Source of the DNA: Chrysomallon squamiferum
Taxonomy: Eukaryota > Animalia > Mollusca
Reading direction: 5' to 3'
Assembly (NCBI GenBank): GCA_012295275.1
Contig: CM022674.1
Coordinates: 17,546,001 to 17,610,000, forward strand
Length of the DNA stretch: 64,000 nucleotides
Notes under the pieces: generated by a model
Seen by the model: the letters and a program-made list of their open reading frames with translations, nothing else
What the model was told of the DNA's origin: nothing
Databases searched by the model: none
Program-made: the position numbers and the translations under genes
Part shown: in pieces, positions 55,318-64,000 of the stretch
Layout: each line of letters starts with the position of its first letter
Position numbering within the stretch: position 1 is the stretch's first letter

Positions 55318-55766
55318 ATAACAGTGAACAGTACCTGGGTTTGAGTGAAGTCACTAAACATATCATGAAAGCAAGTAACAGCAGTGAACAGTACCTGGGT
55401 TTGAGTGAAGTCACTAGACGTATCATGAAAGCAAATAACAGCAGTGAACAGTAGCTGGTTTTGAGTGAAGTCACTAGACATATCATGAAAGCAAATAACA
55501 GCAGTGAACAGTAGCTGGTTTTGAGTGAAGTCACTAGACATATCATGAAAGCAAATAACAGCAGTGAACAGTACCTGGGTTTGAGTGAAGTCACTAGACA
55601 TATCATGAAAGCAAATAACAGTAAAGAGGACCTGGGTTTGAGTGAAGTCACTAAACATATCATCAAAGCAAATAACAATAGTTAACAGTACCTGGGTTTG
55701 AGTGAAGTCAGTAATCCTATCATGAAAGCAAATAACAACAGTAAACAGGACCTGGGTTTGAGTCAA
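55318..55766. repeat. 60-bp tandem repeat, about 7.5 copies
   Basis: Unit gcagtgaacagtacctgggtttgagtgaagtcactagacatatcatgaaagcaaataaca repeats in register with the 60-nt lines. Confidence 0.97.
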
Positions 55767-56197
55767 ATTTCAGTAGTTTTCAGAGAAAGAGTGAACATGT
55801 TATAAAAACACTGTCCTTGTGTTTACAAACTTAAGACTTCAACTGTTACTGTATCAGACTGTAGAAGTGTTAGACAAACAAGAAACGAACCAAATAACAT
55901 TACATGACGTGAAGACTGCCAGAACTTGATGGACCATCGTATAGGCTTAATTTATCTGTTGCAGAAAAGAATGGACAGTGGATTCTTGTTTGTTGTGAAG
56001 TTGATAGTTTGGAAATTAAGAATTGTGAAATGAAACCTGTAAATGACATAAACGTAATAGATTTACAAATATGCAGATCATTGTTATTATTTGACAAGAG
56101 TATAATAAACAGTGTATCATCACAGATATTACATTTTAATACGAAAAAATGGAGTGAGAGACACAGACAGCGCTTCATTGATTAGAATACAACAGCG

Positions 56198-56760
56198 ATG
56201 CAAACATTGGTATATTTTGTTAGCACTGAAATTGATGGTATAACTGTAAATGCAGATGTCATAAACCACATTCTTCTACATGATAGCTGCCTGAATAGCA
56301 GCCACATTAATTTATTCATGTCTGTACTACAAAAACAACTGAAGAATCAACATATTCACATGGTAGATTGTGGTTGGTTTGGTCAGAAGGTATTTGTGAA
56401 CGGTGATAGTGACCAACCCAGATGGACATTCCGCGTAGGAGAAAGTAAATGTAAAAGATGGTTTGATTATGAATACGTTGTTGTTCCTTTGAATGAAAGA
56501 AACACTCACTGAGTAATAACTGAAACAGATATATCTAAAAAAAGAGTACTGTACTACTGTGATACATTTGGAGGTGAAAACAATGAAGTCATTTTTCATG
56601 TTTCCAGCTATTTAATGGTGGAACATAAGATATATTATGGAAAACCCCATTGTGGTCTTCTGTTAATTACTCTGAAATGCCACACAGATTGATAGCAGTA
56701 ACTGTGGGGTATATGTTTGTGCTATAGAAAAAGCTATTTTAACTAATAACTGTATTACTA
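56198..56760 (+). pseudogene. Decayed Ulp1/SENP (C48) protease domain, probably transposon-borne
   Basis: INLFMSVL, FDYEYVVVPLNERNTH followed by TGA where Trp is expected, YYCDT, and QIDSSNCGVYVC (about 56685-56720): His, Asp, Gln and Cys in C48 order. Confidence 0.8.
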
Positions 56761-57200
56761 AATATCCAAAGGTATTTATATACAGACAAGAGACTGTTAA
56801 AGAAATAGCAAATTATCTTCACAAAAAGAAAAAAGATGAAACAAATTAATATACAATAAAAAAAGAAAAAGTGAACTAAAGTTAGTTGCAAATGTTAAAC
56901 ATTTATCATCACATGAATCAGATTCTAGCAGGAGATTTCATGTTGACATGCATTACATTTCTACAGGGTTTTTTTTTTTTGTTCTTTTGTTTTTTGAATG
57001 TATTTTGTCATACAGTCTGTAGTGATGTATCATAAAGAACAGTAATAAAACAAATAAAATAAAATAACAAAACAACAACATAATAACAATACAACTACTA
57101 ATAATATCACTAACAATAATAATAATAAAAACAACAGTAATAACATTAATAACAGTAATTATATAAAATAACACCAGCAACAACAACAACAATAATAATA

Positions 57201-57290
<90 letters not shown>

Positions 57291-57719
57291 GTAATAGTAA
57301 TAATACTTAGAATAATCCCAGGAAAACCCTTATGGCAATAAAGAAAAACACTCGAAAGACACTAAATGGATGGAAAGAAATAAGCCAAGAGTAAGACAGA
57401 AAAAAAAAACATTCTGGCTTTTTCCTGAGACACTGAATATTTTGTTAAATTTCCTAACTTACTACAATCAATCATGAACCATTCTGCAAGGATGAAGCTA
57501 AAACATTCTTATCACTGGACTAATATTAAATTATTGAAAAAAGGTTCAGTGTGTTTAGCTGCCGTTTTACTTATTTCAAAAAGATCACTTCTAATGTCCA
57601 GGCTTAACGGCAAATCCATGAAGCAATAGGACGGCTTAATGCCGGTCAAAATGGACACGATGTCTGTCAGTACTTTCGTGTTCATGACAGTACCACATCG
57701 CAACTCCGACAACACATAC

Positions 57720-58530
57720 ACTAAACTGGGCAAACGCTAAATCAACCTCGTTCTGGTAGACCACGATTAACTACTCCAAGGAAAGACAGGTATTCAGTCT
57801 TGTCATATCTATGTCACAGTTCAAAAATGCTCCATGTTTGGCTCATACTTTGCAGCAAACCACAGGCACTAGAATTCATGCTGAAACTGTCTGTAGCCAT
57901 CTCCACGCTGCTGGATTACAAGCAGGTCGCCCTGTTGTAGCCGTTCCCCTGACAGCGCGTCACGTTCAGGAACGTTTGAGATGGGCCAGAATAAACCAAC
58001 ACTGAATCAGACATTATTCACAGAGGAATCCAGGTTTTGTGTTCAGTTTGCAGATGGTCTGCATCATGTATGGAGGTGAATGGGAGATGTAGACGTCATT
58101 CAGCACGACCGATATGGCGGCAGTAAAGTTATTGTGTAGGCCGGCATTCATATTAGAGGTAAAGCAGATCTTGTTTTCATCCACGAGAACATGACTGCTC
58201 AATGTTACTGTGACGAGATCAATACACCAGTAGCCATTCCATTCCTGCAGCAGCATCCTGGCTTTCTGTTTGAACATGACAACTCTAGACATACCGCTAG
58301 GCTAACTAGTAATCTTCCTGAGAGGATCCACATCCAAGTGTTGAACAGGCCACCAAAATCTGCTGACTTGTTCCCAACTGAGCATGCATGGGACCTACTG
58401 GGCTATAGAATATGCATAAACCATTCTCAAGTTCTTAATGTCCATTGCTCTGGACACAATTACTGTTCCTGAGATTAATGCTCTCGTTAGAAGCATAAGA
58501 CAACGATGTAGTGCTTTCATCAATGACACT
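57720..58530 (+). mobile_element. Decayed Tc1/mariner transposase
   Basis: PRSGRPRLTT, GLQAGRP...PLTARH...RLRWA, FTEESRF, FEHDNSRH and PPKSADLFPTEHAWD motifs in order, with frameshifts; TIR pair not found. Confidence 0.88.
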
Positions 58531-59497
58531 AGTGCACACACACACACACACACGCAGACATTATTGAGTATCTCACCATTTTGGTAAATGTACCCCTCCA
58601 TTTCATCAGTTGACATTAAAGTAACGATGTTCACACCGTGACAATGTATATATGTGTGTGTATATATATACATACAAATAAATATACATATACACAAATA
58701 TATATATACGTATACATGTAAATATATATTCCTATACATACATATATATATATATACACATAAACATACATATATATACATATATATAGACATATAGACA
58801 TACATACATATATACATATACATATATCTCTACACACACATATATATATCTATACCTATACATATACACATACACATATATATAAACATATACACACATA
58901 TGTATAATCAAAGAAATATATAGATATCTAAAGATATATACATATCTATATACATATACATATATCTATACATATACACACACATATATAAACATATACA
59001 CACATGTGTATAATCACAGAACTATATAGATATCTAAAGATATATACATATCTATACACATATACATATATCTATACACACATATATATAAACACACATA
59101 TATAAACATATACACACACATTAAAAAATATATAATACTGTGAACACAAAGGAAAAATTAAAACATGCTCAGATATAAAGCACATTCCTTTCAGGACTTT
59201 AGTATGATAGAAGTATTCTGAAACATTATTTTTCTTAACATACTTAAATTTGAATGGCATGAACTATTTGAAAGAATTAATCATATGCAACTACATAAGC
59301 TGTACTAATATGATGCACAATATAAGCCATATGATAACAAAGGGCTAGTCACAAGTCAGTGATGTCAAATTAATAAAAGAAAGTGATCCCTTTGTTTATA
59401 TTTTTGCTTCCTTGATTATTCAAGTTCACTGACAACAAATATAATAAATACATACACTTTTTACATTTTTCCTGTTTTCAATAAATATATTTCTTAC

Positions 59498-59656
59498 AAG
59501 CTGAAAAATTACTTTTTTTAGTGGACAATCCAGGTATTATTCCACTTCTAAGTAACACAATCAGCATCACTATGACAACAATGACAGTCACAAAACCAAC
59601 AGCTCCTCCTACAGCTGCACCAAGCAGAGAACTAGAACCACTCTGTTCTTCTGAAG
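59498..59656 (-). CDS. Transmembrane exon of an Ig-superfamily type I membrane protein (159 nt, phase 1-1)
   Basis: Minus-strand ttacag acceptor and gtaaga donor; GAAVGGAVGFVTVIVVIVMLIVLLR helix followed by basic residues. Confidence 0.85.
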
Positions 59657-59951
59657 CTGTAATAGATAAATAACAAACATAATAACATTTTGTTCTTTTA
59701 AATGTGTAGTAAATAAAAACAGATATAATACAAATATACTTATTATAAAAGTATAATACAAACAATTTGAAACTTTTAATGCTTCTTCGCCTCTTGAGAA
59801 GGGGAAAAAAATAAGTATGAAATATCTCTTAAATTAAAAAAAAACAAAAAAACACAACAACATTTCTAACAAAATGTTCTATCATAAAATCAGTTAACAT
59901 AGCGAAGTAGATAATACAACAGATTAAAATATCGAATGTTAAATGTCTTAC

Positions 59952-60266
59952 ATGACACATCAAGTATTCCAGTGTTGGATGTAACAAGAGTTTTTCCAGG
60001 AATCCCTGCCTTGCAGTAAACAGTGTGTCCATCATCTGACTCAGTCAGTGTCAGTGACACAGAACTCTTTCTTACAGTCAGGTCACCTGATGTGATATTT
60101 ATGTTGGTGATTCCTGTGTTTATCTGTTGATTATTCTTGTACCAGTAAACAGACGAGACTGGGTTGCTAGGTGACGTGACACATGTCAGAGAGACAAAAC
60201 CTTCTCTGACTTGGATTTTATCTTTGTGTGAACTGATGTTTAATAATGTCACCTCTTTTACTTGTA
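59952..60266 (-). CDS. Immunoglobulin-domain exon (315 nt, phase 1-1)
   Basis: VREG..VSLTC.TS.SNP...VYWYKN...SVSLTL...DDG.TVYC.A has the Ig Cys-Trp-Cys pattern; canonical AG and gtaaga; in phase with the TM exon. Confidence 0.9.
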
Positions 60267-61157
60267 CTGTAATAAGCATATAAATAAATAGCAGTATTAC
60301 TGTATCATGCTTTTGTACTAAAATATTATATATTTATTTATTTATTTTTATTATAATTAAAAAATCGATTTAATATATTAATTATTAAGTAACTTCATAA
60401 ACACATATCAGTAATTAATTATATCTTATTGTGACTATATTAAACTTACAAAAAAGTATCGACATTGAATCTTTACTTACCTGGAAAGTGAGCAGTACAT
60501 ATAAACTTGTTACAGACATCATTATTATGCAAAATGTCCGTTCATGAAATCCTTCCAAAAAATAAAGACCATGCAGTGAATCTGCATAATATACTCTTTG
60601 AAAAAAGAAAGAAGAAAATGTCCGATTTTAAAAAATATAGGGCTTTTTGTACCGTGATGCTGAATGACCATGTGGTTAATGTTTCTTGATGATGATGATT
60701 ATTATTATTATTATTGAGATGTAATAAAAATACAATATTCTCATTTGAAATCAAAATTAATAAAAATATTTGTGGTTAATAGTTAACTCAGTGACTATCT
60801 TTGACAACAAATTCTGGAAAATACTATCATATTAACTTGATTTAACACTGTTCATAATACAAAATGAGTAGGAAACACTATAAGTATAATAATTAATTTG
60901 TCTGTTTCCTGTATATATAATTAAATGCTAATCTGCGAGTTAGTAATCTTGAAGAAAGACAAGGAATTCTTTACATTCATTATAATTAATTAATATCTTC
61001 ACTAATGTTATCTAATGGTAAAAGTTTCAATGGCAAAAGAGCAGATAATAACCAGACCTTGTGAACAGATGAAAATCTGATGGAATGCATCAGAGAAATT
61101 GATATAACTATAAAGTGATGAATAATAATGTATAATGACTGTAAACACTTGGCATAT

Positions 61158-64000
61158 GGTAAACAGTTAACTAAATCTAACCATAATACTATCTTTAACC
61201 CTAGTCATAAGGTAAACAGATAACTAAATCTAAACAAAATACTAACATTAACCCTAGTCATAAGGTAAAGAGATAACTAAATCTAGCCATAATACTAACT
61301 TTAACCCTTGTCATAAGGTAAACAGATAACTAAATCTAACCATAATACTAACTTTAACCCTAGTCATAAGGTAAACAGATAACTAAATCTAACCATAATA
61401 CTAACTTTAACCCTAGTCATAAGGTAAACAGATAACTAAATCTAGCCATAATACTAACTTTAACCTAGTCATAAGGTAAACAGATAACTAAATCTAGCCA
61501 TAATACTAACTTTAACCCTAGTCATAAGGTAAAGAGATAACTAAATCTAACCATAATACTAACTTTAACCCTAGTCATAAGGTAAACAGATAACTAAATC
61601 TAACCATAATACTAACTTTAACCCTAGTCATAAGGTAAACAGATAACTAAATCTAACCATAATACTATAACTAAATCTAACCATAATACTAACTTTAACC
61701 CTAGTCATAAGGTAAAACAGATAACTAAATCTAACCAAAATAATAAACTTTAACCCTAGTCATAAGGTAAACAGATAAATAACATAATAAATCTAACCAT
61801 AATACTAACTTTAACCCTAGTCATAAGGTAAAGGTAAAAGATAAAAAATCTAAATCCATAATACTAACTTTAACCCTTGTCATAAGGTAAACAGATAACT
61901 AAATCTAACCATAATACTAAAACTTTAACCCTAGTCATAAAAAAGAGATAATCTAATCTAAATAATACTAACTTTAACCCTAGTGATAAGGTAAAGAGAT
62001 AACTAAATCTAACCATAATACACAGTTTAACCCTAATAATAAGGTAAACAGATAACTAAATCTAACCATAATACTAACTTTAACCCTAGTCATAAGGTAA
62101 ACAGATAACTAAATCTAACCATAATACTAACTTTAACCCTAGTCATAAGGTAAACAGATAACTAAATCTAACCATAATACTAACTTTAACCCTAGTCATA
62201 AGGTAAACAGATAACTAAATCTAACCATAATACTCTAACTTTAACCCTAGTCATAAGGTAAACAGATAACTAAATCTAACCATAATACTAACTTTAACCC
62301 TAGTCATAAGGTAAACAGATAACTAAATCTAACCATAATACTAACTTTAACCTAGTCATAAGGTAAACAGATAACTAAATCTAACCATAATACTAACTTT
62401 AACCCTAGTCATAAGGTAAACAGATAACTAAATCTAACCATAATACTAACTTTAACCCTAGTCATAAGGTAAACAGATAACTAAATCTAACCATAATACT
62501 AACTTTAACCCTAGTCATAAGGTAAACAGATAACTAAAATCTAGCAATAATAATAACTTTAACCCTAGTCATAAGGTAAACAGATAACTAAATCTAACCA
62601 TAATACTAACTTTAACCCTAGTCATAAGGTAAACAGATAACTAAATCTAACCATAATACTAACTTTAACCCTAGTCATAAGGTAAACAGATAACTAAATC
62701 TAACCATAATACTAACTTTAACCCTAGTCATAAGGTAAACAGATAACTAAATCTAGCCATAATACTAACTTTAACCCTTTCATAAGGTAAACAGATAACT
62801 AAATCTAACCATAATACTAACTTTAACCCTAGTCATAAGGTAAACAGATAACTAAATCTAACCATAATACTAACTTTAACCCTAGTCATAAGGTAAACAG
62901 ATAACTAAATCTAACCATAATACTAAATTTAACCATTAACCCTAGTCATAAGGTAAACAGATAACTAAATCTAACCATAATACTAACTTTAACCCTAGTC
63001 ATAAGGTAAACAGATAACTAAATCTAACCATAATACTAACTTTAACCCTAGTCATAAACAGGTAAATCTAGATAATAATAAATCTAACCAAAATACTAAA
63101 AACAGATAACTAAATTAACCATAATACTAACTTTAACCCTAGTCATAAGGTAAACAGATAACTAAATCTAACCATAATACTAACTTTAACCCTAGTCATA
63201 AGGTAAACAGATAACTAAATCTAACCATAATACTAACTTTAACCCTAGTCATAAGGTAAACAGATAACTAAATCTAACCATAATACTAACTTTAACCCTA
63301 GTCATAAGGTAAACAGATAACTAAATCTAACCATAATACTAACTTTAACCCTAGTCATAAGGTAAACAGATAACTAAATCTAACCATAATACTAACTTTA
63401 ACCCTAGTCATAAAGGTAAACAGATAAACAGATAAAATCTAACCATAATACTAACTTTAACCCTAGTCATAAGGTAAACAGATAACTAAATCTAACCATA
63501 ATACTAACTTTAACCCTAGTCATAAGGTAAACAGATAACTAAATCTAACCATAATACTAACTTTAACCCTAGTCATAAGGTAAAGAGATAACTAAATCTA
63601 ACCATAATACTAACTTTAACCCTAGTCATAAGGTAAACAGATAACTAAATCTAAATCTAACCATGATACTAACTTTAACCCTAGTAATAAGGTAAACAGA
63701 TAACTAAATCTAACCATAATACTAACTTTAACCCTAGTCATAAGGTAAACAGATAACTAAATCTAACCATAATACTAACTTTAACCCTAGTCATAAGGTA
63801 AACAGATAACTAAATCTAGCCATAATACTAACTTTAACCCTAGTCATAAGGTAAACAGATAACTAAATCTAACCATAATACTAACTTTAACCCTAGTCAT
63901 AAGGTAAACAGATAACTAAATCTAACCATAATACTAACTTTAACCCTAGTCATAAGGTAAACAGATAACTAAATCTAACCATAATACTAACTTTACTAGT
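61158..64000. repeat. 53-bp satellite, more than 50 copies, running to the window end
   Basis: Unit ccctagtcataaggtaaacagataactaaatctaaccataatactaactttaa; acagata recurs at 62101 and 62154. Confidence 0.98.

Noticed and set aside
60481-60600. Signal-peptide exon of the Ig gene ending at the donor at 60480
   Set aside because: The hydrophobic frame ends in phase 0 whereas the Ig exon needs phase 1, and the phase-1 frame contains a stop with no later ATG.

Overview
AT-rich, intron-containing animal DNA with many microsatellites; the repeat and gene families suggest an invertebrate, probably a mollusc (inference). The main gene (+ strand, about 28.7-46.5 kb) is a multi-exon NLR-like STAND receptor. 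Its exons join in frame using canonical splice sites: up to five tandemly duplicated Pro-rich phase 2-2 exons, a Ser/Thr minisatellite exon, a 69-nt exon encoding a RHIM-like motif (CENVQIGNKNKL, too short for the ORF track), two linker micro-exons, and a 4.5-kb exon with an nSTAND3-type P-loop NTPase and ankyrin repeats. The last ankyrin units are near-identical but carry variable inserts. RHIM plus STAND plus highly conserved repeats resembles fungal amyloid-signalling NLRs and is the top finding. The window also holds a fibrinogen-domain terminal exon whose end seeded a 40-bp repeat, a candidate small secreted-protein gene, an Ig-plus-transmembrane gene (- strand), two copies of a nested hAT-in-hAT insertion, a decayed LINE, a decayed Tc1, a relic with both USP and Ulp1 protease motifs, a tRNA-derived SINE head, and 47-bp, 53-bp, 60-bp and about 1.4-kb tandem arrays. 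Several frameshifts and scrambled repeat copies look like consensus errors, so pseudogene status cannot be settled from this sequence. All exon models and family assignments were made by eye, without database searches.
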